Positions 15,993 to 25,641 of a DNA stretch of 62,042 nucleotides are shown piece by piece. The notes beneath the pieces are model-generated. The model had not been told where the DNA came from. It saw nothing but the letters and a program-made list of their open reading frames with translations, and did no database searches. The translations under genes and the position numbers were made by a program. The DNA is taken from the NCBI GenBank assembly GCA_028291125.1, contig JAQGIN010000543.1, forward strand, positions 1 to 62,042, given 5' to 3'. Position 1 is the stretch's first letter. The number at the start of each line of letters is the position of its first letter. This DNA is from Caulobacter sp. Lineage in GTDB: Bacteria > Pseudomonadota > Alphaproteobacteria > Caulobacterales > Caulobacteraceae.

Positions 15993-16484
15993 ATGAGCGG
16001 CTTTCGACCGACCAAGCCGCGCCCGCCCGGATCGCTGCACGAAGCCTTGAGCCGGGCCGTCGACCAGCTGGGTGGCTTGAAGAAGGCCGCCGACATCATC
16101 GACCGTGGCACCGACTGGCTCTATTCGGCGGCTGATCCGGACCGCGAGCGCAGCAAGGCCGCATCGCTGAGCTATGCCGAGATCCGGTCGCTGAGCCGGG
16201 CCGGCGCGACGGCGCTGGCCGAAGACCTCGCCTTGCTGGCGGGCGGTGTGTTCCTGCCGCCCGTTCCCGAGACGGCGCCGGCGGCAATCCATGCCGCCCT
16301 GGCCACGTACGCCGCCGAAAGCGGTCAGGCCATCGCCGAGATCATCACCCGCGCGGCCGACGGTGTGTTCGACCGTGTCGACGCCACCAAGGCGCTGCCG
16401 GAGATCGACGACGCCTTGCGCGCGCTGATGACCGTGCGGGCCTTGGCCGTCGCCGTGATCGAGCGCGGGGAGTCGCTGCGATGA
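15993..16484 (+). CDS. CII-like phage regulatory protein
   Basis: N-terminal HTH-like (GGLKKAADIIDRGTDWLY..ADPD), LA..AGGVF.P, helical C-terminus. Confidence 0.65.
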   Translation: MSGFRPTKPRPPGSLHEALSRAVDQLGGLKKAADIIDRGTDWLYSAADPDRERSKAASLSYAEIRSLSRAGATALAEDLALLAGGVFLPPVPETAPAAIHAALATYAAESGQAIAEIITRAADGVFDRVDATKALPEIDDALRALMTVRALAVAVIERGESLR

Positions 16485-16684
16485 GCCTTCCCGGACGGAC
16501 TCTGGTTCACGACATCACGTTTCGCCGGAACGATCAGGACCGACGCAAGCCGCGCCGCATCCTGACCGGCGAGTTGATGGGGGATCCGCGCCCTGACCGC
16601 ATCGAGCACGCGGAAGCCCTGAAGGCGCGTCTGCCGCAACCCCGGCCGGATCGAGATATCGGCAACGGGAAGGCGGCTCGATGA
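16481..16684 (+). CDS. hypothetical phage protein
   Basis: ATGA-coupled; LTGELMGDP.P.R motif. Confidence 0.6.
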   Translation: MSLPGRTLVHDITFRRNDQDRRKPRRILTGELMGDPRPDRIEHAEALKARLPQPRPDRDIGNGKAAR

Positions 16685-17088
16685 CCGCGCCCCGCTTCAC
16701 CAGCCGCGACCACGGCCGACGGTTCGAGCGCCGTCCGCCTGTCGGCGCGCGGGCCAGCCTCTGGCCAGACGTGCTGACCGCGCTGCGGCCCGTGGTTCTG
16801 GCGGTGCTGGAGTCCGGCGGTGCGGCGCTGCCGGTCAGCCTCGATCTTCGCCACGACATCGCCGAGCTGCCCCGCGCACCGTTCCCGGTCGACGGGGCGT
16901 CGTCCGAAGCCATGGCCCAGGCCTTTCGGTTGCAGGCGCGGGCGCTGATGGATGTGGCCCTACCGGCGCGGCGCGCCTCGATCGCCATCGGCGTGCTGGG
17001 CAGCATCGACGCCCTTGAGGGTCTGATCAGCGACCAGCTGGCCGAGGTGACGAACGTCTGGCGTAAGCGCCTGGGCGCGGGCGACTGA
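16681..17088 (+). CDS. hypothetical phage protein
   Basis: ATGA-coupled 135-aa ORF. Confidence 0.6.
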   Translation: MTAPRFTSRDHGRRFERRPPVGARASLWPDVLTALRPVVLAVLESGGAALPVSLDLRHDIAELPRAPFPVDGASSEAMAQAFRLQARALMDVALPARRASIAIGVLGSIDALEGLISDQLAEVTNVWRKRLGAGD

Positions 17089-17091
17089 GCC

Positions 17092-17820
17092 ATGCGCGGG
17101 GGCACCGACCATTTCAAGATCACCAGCGTCTGGGACAGGACAAGCTGTCGCTATGAACGCGTCCAGACCGCGACGTGCGGCAAGTGTGGCCACGCCCACG
17201 CCATCCATGATGCCGGCGGGACGAACCCGAAGCCGGTCAGCGTCATGGCCGAGAAGTTTCGCCAGAAGGGCTGGCGCATCGGCCCCAAGCCCAATTCCGA
17301 CCGTTGCCCGCGCTGCGAGCGGGGCAGCGTCGCGCGGTCCTCCGCGCCCCTGACGCCAGCCCAGAAGCGCGCGGCCTATTGCCGGATCGCGGACGTTCCG
17401 CGCGCCGCCTCCAAACCCGAACCGCCACCAGAGAAGCCGCAAGAGGCCCCGATGACCAAGCCTGCCCTCGTCCTCGCCGATCCACCCCGCCAGCCGTCCC
17501 GCGAGGACCGGCGGCGCATTATCGACGGCCTGGACGACAGCTATTTGCCGGACAAGGGCTGCTACGCGAAGGACGGCAGCGACAAGGCTCTCGCTGAACG
17601 CCTGAAGGTGCCGCGCGCCTGGGTCGCCGAAGAGCGGGAGCGAGCGTTCGGGCCTGACGTCTGCGAGGCCGATAGCGCCGATCTGGCGCAGCTGACGGCC
17701 TTGTCCGCCAAGGCGAGCGACCTGGAAACGCGGGCGATGGATGTCGCCGCCGAGGCCGAAGCCATGCGTCGTCAAATCACCGCCCTTCGTGGACGGATCG
17801 ACGCGCGGTGCGCATCGTGA
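17092..17820 (+). CDS. Zn-ribbon/HTH/coiled-coil phage protein
   Basis: CGKC...CPRC; SDKALAERLKVPRAWVAEERE..FG; C-terminal coiled coil. Confidence 0.7.
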   Translation: MRGGTDHFKITSVWDRTSCRYERVQTATCGKCGHAHAIHDAGGTNPKPVSVMAEKFRQKGWRIGPKPNSDRCPRCERGSVARSSAPLTPAQKRAAYCRIADVPRAASKPEPPPEKPQEAPMTKPALVLADPPRQPSREDRRRIIDGLDDSYLPDKGCYAKDGSDKALAERLKVPRAWVAEERERAFGPDVCEADSADLAQLTALSAKASDLETRAMDVAAEAEAMRRQITALRGRIDARCAS

Positions 17821-18233
17821 GCGAGGCTCGCACTAGCCCGTTTGTGTGGACTGACGACCGCCTCGACCAGCTGAAACGCCTTTACCTGGTCGAGGTCGGC
17901 GCGGCCGAGGCCGTGGCGGCGGTGATCGGCTGTTCGCGCAAGGCCGTGGTTCAAAAGGCCAACCTCCTCGGCTACGGCGCCGAGCGGCGAGCCGTTCGCA
18001 AGGCGATGGCAAAGCGGCCTCGACGCTGCCGGCGCAAGGCAGTCGTGCTCGTTGGCCCGGCGGCGACCGATGCCGAGCTAGTGGCGGCGGCCGTGGCGGC
18101 GGGCCGCGTGACGATCCTCCCGGCCGGCCACGCGTGCGGAACCTCGACGTGGGAACGGGCCATGGGCGTTACCGCGAGGCCGCCGGGCATGTCGTGGAAT
18201 GGTGGCCTGCCGCCGCGTGAGGTGCGGGCGTGA
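17817..18233 (+). CDS. GcrA-like HTH protein
   Basis: WTDDRLDQLKRLY...AEAVAAVIGCSRKAVVQKANLLG resembles the GcrA N-terminus. Confidence 0.65.
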   Translation: MSEARTSPFVWTDDRLDQLKRLYLVEVGAAEAVAAVIGCSRKAVVQKANLLGYGAERRAVRKAMAKRPRRCRRKAVVLVGPAATDAELVAAAVAAGRVTILPAGHACGTSTWERAMGVTARPPGMSWNGGLPPREVRA

Positions 18234-19810
18234 GGTTCGATGATCGCTTTCTTGAGGAATTGAAGGGCCGCGTTCGGCCGTCGGACGTGATCGGCCGGAC
18301 GGTGAAACTGCGGCGCCAGGGCCGGGAATATGCCGGGCTGTCGCCCTTCACGAAGGAAAAGACGCCGTCGTTCTTCGTCAATGACGACAAGGGGTTCTTC
18401 CACTGTTTCGCCAGCGGCAAGCACGGCGACGTCATCGCCTTCCTGCAGGAGACCGAGCGCCTGACCTTCGTCGAGGCCGTCGAGCGGCTGGCGGGCGAAG
18501 CGGGCCTGAGCCTGCCGGCGGTTGATCGGCAGGCGGCGCGACAGGACGCGCGGCGCGCCCAACTGGTCGACTGGCTGGAGATGGCGGCGACATGGTTCGA
18601 GGCGCGGCTGCGCGGTGTCGATGGCGTGGCGGCGCGGGCCTATCTGGCCGGGCGTGGCGTGCCTGACTCGATTTGGAGTCAGTTTCGAGTCGGCTTCGCG
18701 CCATCGGATCGCACGGCGCTGAAAGACTACCTGGTCGCTAAGGGCGCCATGCCGGCCGACCTGGTCGCGGCGGGGCTGCTGATCGCGCCTGATGATGGCG
18801 GCGCGGCCTATGACCGTTTCCGCGACCGCATCATGTTTCCGATCACCGACGCGCGAGGCCGAGTGATCTCTTTCGGCGGACGGGCGATGGACCCGCGCCA
18901 GCGCGCCAAGTACCTCAACGGGCCAGAGACGGCGACGTTCTCCAAGGGGCGGGTGCTCTACGGTTGGACCGATGCGCGGGCCTTGTTGGCGGGCTCCGAT
19001 GTCGGCCTGATCGTTGTCGAGGGCTATCTCGACGTGATCGCCTGTCAGCGCGTCGGGGTGGCCGCCGTCGCGGCAATGGGCACGGCGCTGACCGACGCCC
19101 AGATGACCACGCTGTGGCGGCTGCACGCCGAGCCGACCCTATGCTTCGACGGCGACAGGGCAGGGCAGGCGGCTGCTGGGCGGGCTATCGACAACGCCCT
19201 GCCACTGTTGCGGCCTGGGCGGTCGTTCCGGTTCGCGATGCTGGCCGACGGCCAAGACCCTGACGACATCCTGCGCCAGCACGGCGCGGACCAGCTGAAT
19301 GCGCAGCTGCGCGCCACGGCTCCATTCGTGCGCGTGCTGTTCGACCGTGAACGGCGCGCCGAGCCGCTGGACACGCCGGAGCGCCGCGCCGGCCTCAGGT
19401 CGCGCTTGCGCGCCTTGGCGGCGGCTATTCCCGACCGCGATCTCGCCCAGGCCTATCGTGACGACCTGTTGTCGATGTTTGAGGCGCTGCGGCCTCGGCG
19501 CGGCCAGAGCGCGGCGGGGGACCTGGAGGGCGCGACTGCCGAGGCCTTGGCGGCAGCTGTGGCGATGCGGCGTGCCGGTGATGGAATAGAGGCGCTTTTG
19601 GCGTTGCCGGCCGACGCGGTCGATGACGCCGCCGCGCATCGGTTCGACCTGTACGCCCGCATCGACGAAATCGAGAGCCAGATGCAGGCCATGAGGGCCG
19701 CTCTGCGCGCGGTGGAGGACTTCGAACAATTCAAGGCGCTGAAGGTCGAACGCGATGGCTTGAAACGCCAGGTTCGCGACCTTCCACAGCCGCACGAGGG
19801 GGTGGCATGA
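18230..19810 (+). CDS. dnaG: DnaG-type DNA primase (host-like)
   Basis: GLSPFTKEKTPSF zinc-binding region, YDRFRDRIMFPI, FGGR, KYLNGPET, VEGYLDVI, CFDGDRAG, DPDD TOPRIM. Confidence 0.93.
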   Translation: MRFDDRFLEELKGRVRPSDVIGRTVKLRRQGREYAGLSPFTKEKTPSFFVNDDKGFFHCFASGKHGDVIAFLQETERLTFVEAVERLAGEAGLSLPAVDRQAARQDARRAQLVDWLEMAATWFEARLRGVDGVAARAYLAGRGVPDSIWSQFRVGFAPSDRTALKDYLVAKGAMPADLVAAGLLIAPDDGGAAYDRFRDRIMFPITDARGRVISFGGRAMDPRQRAKYLNGPETATFSKGRVLYGWTDARALLAGSDVGLIVVEGYLDVIACQRVGVAAVAAMGTALTDAQMTTLWRLHAEPTLCFDGDRAGQAAAGRAIDNALPLLRPGRSFRFAMLADGQDPDDILRQHGADQLNAQLRATAPFVRVLFDRERRAEPLDTPERRAGLRSRLRALAAAIPDRDLAQAYRDDLLSMFEALRPRRGQSAAGDLEGATAEALAAAVAMRRAGDGIEALLALPADAVDDAAAHRFDLYARIDEIESQMQAMRAALRAVEDFEQFKALKVERDGLKRQVRDLPQPHEGVA

Positions 19811-21024
19811 ACCGCGTCACCGTCCTGCACGCCGACAGCCGCGACGCGGTGCGCACCTTACCAGCCAACAGCATCGACTCCCTGGTTTCGGACGCCCCTT
19901 ACAGCTTGGTGTCGATCGTCCAGCGGTTTGGCGCCGACGGCGCGGCACCCGCGACAAGCCAGGGGGCCAGCGGCGTCTATCAGCGCGCGTCGGCGGGCTT
20001 CATGGGACAAGCGTGGGATACCGGCGAGACCGCGCACGATGTCGCGTTCTGGCGCGAGATCTATCGCGTGATGAAGCCGGGCGCGTTCATCGTCGTGGCG
20101 GCCGGGACGCGGACCTATCATCGGCTGGCCTGCGCGATCGAGGATGCGGGGTTCGAGATCCGCGACATGATCAGCTGGCTGTACGGCTCGGGTTTTCCGA
20201 AGTCGCACAACCATGACATCGGCGGCGTCAAGCACGGAACGGCCCTCAAGCCGGCTTGTGAACCGTGGGTTCTGGCGCGAAAGCCGCTCTGTGGCGGCGT
20301 GGCGGCCAACATCGTCGCGCACGGTGTCGGGGTGCTGAACATCGACGGATGTCGCGTACCGATTGATGCCATGGCCGACGCCGGCCAGGTTCGTACCATG
20401 ACGCGAGGACGTCGTGATGCGCCCGATGGCTGGGGTATGTCGGTAGGCGGCGCGGCGGTCGCGCAGGTGCTTTCCTGCACCGGTCGTTGGCCTGCCAACG
20501 TCGTTCACGACGGATCGTTTGAGGTGGTCGAGGCCTTTCCGGTGGCCGGTGGCCAACGCGGCGACCTCAAGGCCATGGCTTCGCCTAGGCCGACGAAGAC
20601 CGCCTTTGGCGACATGGAACCGGCCGTCGCGCACGTCGCGCGCGGCGATAGCGGCTCGGCGGCGAGGTTCTTCTACTGCGCCAAGGCCAAGCCCAGCGAA
20701 CGCGTGGTCAGCTGCACGGTGTGCGGTGCCCGAGCCTTCGCCAAGGTTCGTTGCGACTGCGTCGATCCGGCTGACCCGAGCAAGAAGGCCGGGACGCAAA
20801 GCCACCCGACGGTCAAGCCGGTCGCGTTGATGCGGTGGCTGTGTCGACTCGTCACGCCGGCCGGAGGCGTGGTGCTGGACCCATTCGCGGGTTCCGGGAC
20901 GACGGGCGCCGCCGCGATGCGCGAGGGCTTCGGTGCGATCCTGATCGAGCGCGAAGCCCGGTTTGTCGCCGACATCCATGCGCGGCTTGACGCCGAGCAG
21001 GGCAATGCGAGGCGCGCGGCATGA
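19807..21024 (+). CDS. N6-adenine/N4-cytosine DNA methyltransferase (beta class)
   Basis: DAPY motif IV variant, GFPKS, HPTVKP, VLDPFAGSGTTG. Confidence 0.88.
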   Translation: MNRVTVLHADSRDAVRTLPANSIDSLVSDAPYSLVSIVQRFGADGAAPATSQGASGVYQRASAGFMGQAWDTGETAHDVAFWREIYRVMKPGAFIVVAAGTRTYHRLACAIEDAGFEIRDMISWLYGSGFPKSHNHDIGGVKHGTALKPACEPWVLARKPLCGGVAANIVAHGVGVLNIDGCRVPIDAMADAGQVRTMTRGRRDAPDGWGMSVGGAAVAQVLSCTGRWPANVVHDGSFEVVEAFPVAGGQRGDLKAMASPRPTKTAFGDMEPAVAHVARGDSGSAARFFYCAKAKPSERVVSCTVCGARAFAKVRCDCVDPADPSKKAGTQSHPTVKPVALMRWLCRLVTPAGGVVLDPFAGSGTTGAAAMREGFGAILIEREARFVADIHARLDAEQGNARRAA

Positions 21025-21965
21025 GTTTCCAGGCCCTGACCGCTGTCGACACCCTCGACACGCCCAACGCCTACGTCACCCTGCTGCTGTACGTCTTGGG
21101 CCAGTGGGCGGGGCCGGACGGCTCGTGTTTCCCTGGCGTCGAGACCATCGCCGAAAAGATGCGCTGCTCGGTCAGCCAGGCCCGCAAGGCGCTGAAAGAG
21201 GCCGAGGAAGCCGGTTTCATCCGCCGCGAGGATAGGACGCGGCGCGACGGCGGCCGGTCGTCCAACCGCATCATCCTGACCTATTGCGAACGTCCCGACC
21301 TGGTCGATGACCTGAACACGCCGGGCGGTCACAAGCCGGGAAAAGGGCGGCGCAGAGCCGCCCCGAACGTGTCGCACCCCCCACTCCATTACGGTGGGGG
21401 GTCCCGCTCCAATACGGAGGGGGCCCCTCCACAATACGGAGGGGCATTCTTGAACCAGTCACTTAACCAGTTAGTCGCTAACGCTCCTAACGAGCGGGCG
21501 AGCGCGATTGCGAAACAGATCTGGGAGGCGTGGCCGGAGGCGGGCCGGGCGCACTCCAGCGAACGGCTGGTCGCTGACGCCGTGGCAGCCGAAGCGGCCG
21601 GCGGCGCCGATCTCAACGATGTGCTGTCGGGTGGTCTGGCCTATGCCGCCAAGCCGTCGGCGCATGGCAGCTCCGGCGCCATGCCGAAATCCCCGCATCT
21701 GTTCCTGACCGAGGGCCGGTGGAAAACCCACGCCCGCAAGGGGTGGACAGCGGCGAAGACGCGAACCCGGTTCGCCAACGACGCCATTCGGACCGCCGCC
21801 ATCAAGCTCAAGGGTGAGGCATGGGTCGCCAGCTGGCTCGATCCCTGCGGCTTCGACGAAGGCAAGGGGGTGATCGACCCGCGCCTCAAGGACCGAATCC
21901 CGAGGCTGCGCGAGGTCGCGGAAGTGCTGACGAAGTTCAATGTCAAGGTCGGGGAGTGCGGTTGA
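21021..21965 (+). CDS. phage replication initiator (N-terminal wHTH)
   Basis: CFPGVETIAEKMRCSVSQARKALKEAEEAGFIRR..R....G..SN. Confidence 0.8.
   Translation: MSFQALTAVDTLDTPNAYVTLLLYVLGQWAGPDGSCFPGVETIAEKMRCSVSQARKALKEAEEAGFIRREDRTRRDGGRSSNRIILTYCERPDLVDDLNTPGGHKPGKGRRRAAPNVSHPPLHYGGGSRSNTEGAPPQYGGAFLNQSLNQLVANAPNERASAIAKQIWEAWPEAGRAHSSERLVADAVAAEAAGGADLNDVLSGGLAYAAKPSAHGSSGAMPKSPHLFLTEGRWKTHARKGWTAAKTRTRFANDAIRTAAIKLKGEAWVASWLDPCGFDEGKGVIDPRLKDRIPRLREVAEVLTKFNVKVGECG
21761..21775. repeat. dispersed palindrome copy 5 GCGAACCCGGTTCGC
   Basis: Perfect 7-1-7 palindrome inside the initiator gene. Confidence 0.88.
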
Positions 21966-22555
21966 TGGGTACGATGAAGATGGCGACGAAGGATCTCGAA
22001 ATCCCGATCTGCGAGGCCGACGCGATGGCGAGGCCCGGCAACTGGTATGGCATCCGGACAGCCACACGGCAGGAGGATGAGGTTGAGACCAGGCTACAGG
22101 CCATGTCGTTGGAGGTGTGGGTGCCGCGCGCGACGTTCTGGCGGCGTCTGCGTTCGAACAAGAGCAAGGTCCATCGGCCCCTCTTCCCTGGCTATCTGTT
22201 CGTCCGCTGCACGCCCGACGACTTCCACCGCATCCATGGTGTCGAAGGGTTCCACCAGTTCGTTCGTGTCAGGGCGATGGATGGCCAGCTGCTGGTCATG
22301 CGCTTTCCGGATGAAGCGATCGGCGATCTGATGATGCGCCAGTTCATGGAAGGCGAGTTTGACGAGACCAGGTCCAAACCGGAGGCTTATCGACCGAAGG
22401 TCGGTGACCGCGTCGTGGTGACCGGCGGCAAGTGGTACGCCTACCTCGCCGAAGTGCTCAGCCTGTCGCCGAGCAAGCGTCAGGCCAAGGTGCGTATCGA
22501 GGACATGGCGGGTGCCCCGGCGTCGGTGTCGTACAGCTGTCTGGACGCGGCGTGA
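21965..22555 (+). CDS. NusG-family (NGN+KOW) antitermination factor
   Basis: WYGIRT...QE, RPLFPGYLFV, KVGDRVVVTGG KOW motif; occupies the Q-gene position. Confidence 0.87.
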   Translation: MGTMKMATKDLEIPICEADAMARPGNWYGIRTATRQEDEVETRLQAMSLEVWVPRATFWRRLRSNKSKVHRPLFPGYLFVRCTPDDFHRIHGVEGFHQFVRVRAMDGQLLVMRFPDEAIGDLMMRQFMEGEFDETRSKPEAYRPKVGDRVVVTGGKWYAYLAEVLSLSPSKRQAKVRIEDMAGAPASVSYSCLDAA

Positions 22556-22563
22556 GGGCGCTC

Positions 22564-22592
22564 TTGCGCGATTGTCGAGTCGGTGCCTATAA
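22564..22592 (+). promoter_or_regulatory. putative late promoter (TTGCGC-17-CTATAA)
   Basis: Sigma70-like spacing just after the nusG-like gene. Confidence 0.55.
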
Positions 22593-22709
22593 GTTGGGTA
22601 GGACGACCAGCTCAGAGGCAACGCGCCCGAGAAAAACATGCCCCAGCGGGGCGGGCTGATCCGGCTTCCAAGATTGGGAGTATCCTGTTTCTGCGCCTTG
22701 AGATCTGAC

Positions 22710-22749
22710 AAGCCCGCCTCGGCTCATGGCCTAGGCGGGCTTCGTTCAT
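22710..22749 (+). terminator. putative late-leader terminator
   Basis: AAGCCCGCCT...AGGCGGGCTT stem followed by a weak T-rich tail. Confidence 0.6.
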
Positions 22750-22792
22750 ATAGGGCCGCCGCGCTGGCTATGTGAGCGAGAGGTGGTGGTTT

Positions 22793-23149
22793 ATGGGCAA
22801 GCTGTCCGCCATGCCCGGCCGACTGTCGGCCATGCCGCAGCGCTTGGCCCGGCCCAGAGACCCTGACGGGCATAGCGCCGAGGCCGAGCCGTGGCGCGCT
22901 TGGTACAATCTCAAGCGTTGGAAGCTGCTGCGCATCGCGACGTTCGTCCGCGACCTGTTCACCTGCCAGATGCCGGATTGCCGGCGCATCGAGACCGACA
23001 CGGCCTTGCTCGTCTGCGACCACGTCGAGCGCCACAACGGTGACCCGCGCCTGTTCTGGGATGAGCGCAACCTGCAGACCCTCTGCAAGCCCTGCCACGA
23101 CAAGACCAAGCAGGCCCAAGAGCGCCGCGCGCGCGTCGGGCCGGCCTGA
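22793..23149 (+). CDS. packaging-associated HNH endonuclease (HK97 gp74-like)
   Basis: RDLFTCQ..C...VCDHV..H.GD..LFWD..NLQTLCK.CH. Confidence 0.87.
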   Translation: MGKLSAMPGRLSAMPQRLARPRDPDGHSAEAEPWRAWYNLKRWKLLRIATFVRDLFTCQMPDCRRIETDTALLVCDHVERHNGDPRLFWDERNLQTLCKPCHDKTKQAQERRARVGPA

Positions 23150-23234
23150 CCCCAGCTTAGAGGGGGGGGTCTAAAGGCCCGAGGGCCCCGTCCGCCATAC
23201 CGGCGTTCCCGTCATTCGGAGATTTTATTTTCTG
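23150..23234 (+). other. probable cos region
   Basis: Between HNH and terS, with G8 run at 23162-23169, as in HK97-like phages. Confidence 0.5.
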
Positions 23235-23750
23235 ATGACCGAGGAATCCGCTGCTGGCGGGGCCGAGACGGATCTCTTCGGGGACCCATGGACGGCCCCG
23301 CGCGATCCGAGAGGGCGCAAGCGCCACAAGCGCCTACCGCAAATCGCTGAAAAGGTTGCGGTTCTTCGCGCTACCGGCGCGACCGAGGAAGAGATCGCCC
23401 TGCGGGTCGGCCTCTGCGACAAGACGCTGCGCAAGTATTATTTCCGAGAGTTGACCGAGGGGCCGGCCCTGGCGCGCGCGATGGTCGACGAGGTCATGTA
23501 CCGCAAGGCCATGGGCGGGAACGTCTCGGCCGCCCGCTACATCAAGGAGCGGTTCGAGAAGGGCGACGCCTCGCTCGCCGATGTTCGCGCCCGCGCTCGC
23601 GCCCTGCGACCGGCCTCGCCGAACGCGACGACTCGGCCCGCGCCGGTCGGCAAGAAGGCCGAACGCCAAGAGGCGGCCGAGCGGGTGGCGGAGGCCGGCG
23701 GACGGTACGCCGTGCCGCCGGCGCCTAAGCTGGTCGTCGACAACAAATGA
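23235..23750 (+). CDS. terminase small subunit
   Basis: [31 protein letters not shown]; precedes terL. Confidence 0.8.
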   Translation: MTEESAAGGAETDLFGDPWTAPRDPRGRKRHKRLPQIAEKVAVLRATGATEEEIALRVGLCDKTLRKYYFRELTEGPALARAMVDEVMYRKAMGGNVSAARYIKERFEKGDASLADVRARARALRPASPNATTRPAPVGKKAERQEAAERVAEAGGRYAVPPAPKLVVDNK

Positions 23751-25429
23751 CGCCGTACTCGACGGCCTGCCTCGACTGGCAAGCCCGGATCGTCGCCAAG
23801 CGATCCTTGATCCCCTCGCCGCTGTTCGCCGATGAGGCCGAGGCCGCCCTCGCCGTCTTCAAGTCGCTGCGCATCGTCGATGCGCCGGGCAAGCCGACGT
23901 TCGGCGAGGCCTGCGACCCATGGGTGTTCGAGTTCGTCGCGGCGATCTTCGGCGCCTATGACGCCGAGAAAGCCCGGCGGATGATCCGCGAGTTCCTGCT
24001 GCTGATCAGCAAGAAGAACTCGAAATCGACGATCGCGGCCGGGATCATGGTAACGGCGCTGATCCGCAATTGGAGGCATTCGGCCGAACTGCTGATCCTA
24101 GCGCCGACGCTGGAGGTCGCGAACAACGCGTTCTTCCCGGCGCGCGACATGATCATCGAGGACGAGGAGCTGCGCGACCTGCTCCACATCCAAGAGCACA
24201 CGCGCACGATCACGCACCGCCTGACGAAGGCGGTTCTCAAGGTGGTGGCGGCCGACGCCGACGTTGTCTCGGGCAAGAAAGCCGCGTTCGTCCTGGTCGA
24301 CGAGCTGTGGATCTTCGGCAAACGGCCGAATGCCGACGCCATGCTGCGCGAGGCGACCGGCGGGCTGGTGTCGAGGCCTGAGGGCTTCGTGATCTATCTG
24401 TCGACGCAGTCCGATGCGGAGCCAGCGGGCGTCTTCAAGACCAAGCTGCAATACTTCCGAGATGTCCGCGACGGCCTGATCGACGATCCGAAGAGCCTTG
24501 GCGTCCTCTACGAATTCCCTGAGGCGATGATCAAGTCGGGGGCCTATCTCCGCCCGGAAAACTACTACATTCCGAACCCGAACCTGAACCGGTCGGTCGA
24601 CCACGAATGGCTGGTCGACGAGCACCGCAAGGTCGCGAATGCCCAGGGCGGCGAGCTGCAGGTGTTTCTGTCGAAACACCTCAACGTCGAGATCGGCCTT
24701 CGTCTCGCGAACGACCGCTGGCGCGGCGCTGATTTCTGGTTGGCCGCGACCGACAAGACCTTGACCCTTCCTGAGCTGATCGAGCGCTCGGAGGTCTGCA
24801 CGGTCGGGATCGACGGCGGCGGCCTCGACGACCTGTTCGGCCTGGCCGTCATGGGCCGATGCAAGATCACCCGCGATTTTCTGTTGTGGAACCGCGCCTG
24901 GGCTCAGGCCGATGTGTGGCAGCGGCGCAAGGAAATCGTCTCGCACCTCGATCAGTTCGTCGAAGAAGGCGACCTGGTCGCCTGCGACCTGCCCGGCCAA
25001 GACATTCAAGACGTCGTCGACATCTGCCTCATGCTGAAAGACGCCGGCCTGCTGCCTGAGAAAGGCGCGATCGGCCTCGACCCGCAAGGGGTCTCCGATC
25101 TGGTCGATGCGCTGGACGCGTCGGGCATCACCGACGGGCAGGCCGTCGCTGTCCCCCAGGGCTACCGCTTGGCGGGCAGCATCTGGGGCATGGAACGGAA
25201 GCTGAAGAACATCACGCTGTGGCACTCCGGCCAGGCGCTGATGACCTGGTGCGTCGGCAACGCCAAGGCCGAACAGCGCGGCAACGCCATGCTGATCACT
25301 AAGCAGTCGTCAGGCAAGGCGAAGATCGACCCGCTGATCGCGGCCTTCAACGCCTTCGACCTCATGAGCCGCAACCCCGTCGCCTCGACCGGGTCTGTCT
25401 ACGAGAGCAGGGGGATGGTGTTCGTATGA
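23747..25429 (+). CDS. terminase large subunit
   Basis: ISKKNSKST Walker [27 protein letters not shown]. Confidence 0.95.
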   Translation: MTPYSTACLDWQARIVAKRSLIPSPLFADEAEAALAVFKSLRIVDAPGKPTFGEACDPWVFEFVAAIFGAYDAEKARRMIREFLLLISKKNSKSTIAAGIMVTALIRNWRHSAELLILAPTLEVANNAFFPARDMIIEDEELRDLLHIQEHTRTITHRLTKAVLKVVAADADVVSGKKAAFVLVDELWIFGKRPNADAMLREATGGLVSRPEGFVIYLSTQSDAEPAGVFKTKLQYFRDVRDGLIDDPKSLGVLYEFPEAMIKSGAYLRPENYYIPNPNLNRSVDHEWLVDEHRKVANAQGGELQVFLSKHLNVEIGLRLANDRWRGADFWLAATDKTLTLPELIERSEVCTVGIDGGGLDDLFGLAVMGRCKITRDFLLWNRAWAQADVWQRRKEIVSHLDQFVEEGDLVACDLPGQDIQDVVDICLMLKDAGLLPEKGAIGLDPQGVSDLVDALDASGITDGQAVAVPQGYRLAGSIWGMERKLKNITLWHSGQALMTWCVGNAKAEQRGNAMLITKQSSGKAKIDPLIAAFNAFDLMSRNPVASTGSVYESRGMVFV

Positions 25430-25641
25430 CCGACTCGACGCGAACCCGGTTCGCCAAGTTCCTGCGCAGCGCCGCGACCTTCGTTCGCGGGGCTTTCGAC
25501 GCCCGCGACCTCGTCGGCTTCGCGGGCGTCGGCTTGGTCGCCTACGGCTTCGGCCAGATCTATCGCCCGGCCGGGTTCATCGTGCTGGGCGGCCTGCTGC
25601 TGGTCGGCGTCTTTCTGTCCGCGCGGACCTCGCGCAAGTGA
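25426..25641 (+). CDS. small 2-TM protein between terL and portal
   Basis: [17 protein letters not shown] hydrophobic pattern. Confidence 0.7.
   Translation: MTDSTRTRFAKFLRSAATFVRGAFDARDLVGFAGVGLVAYGFGQIYRPAGFIVLGGLLLVGVFLSARTSRK
25440..25454. repeat. dispersed palindrome copy 6 GCGAACCCGGTTCGC (degenerate copy at 25474-25488)
   Basis: Perfect 7-1-7 palindrome. Confidence 0.88.

Noticed and set aside
14941-15996. 351-aa plus-strand ORF after cro
   Set aside because: Composition is not protein-like (Ser/Arg/Cys-rich); the minus-strand ORFs look more credible, though this is not proven
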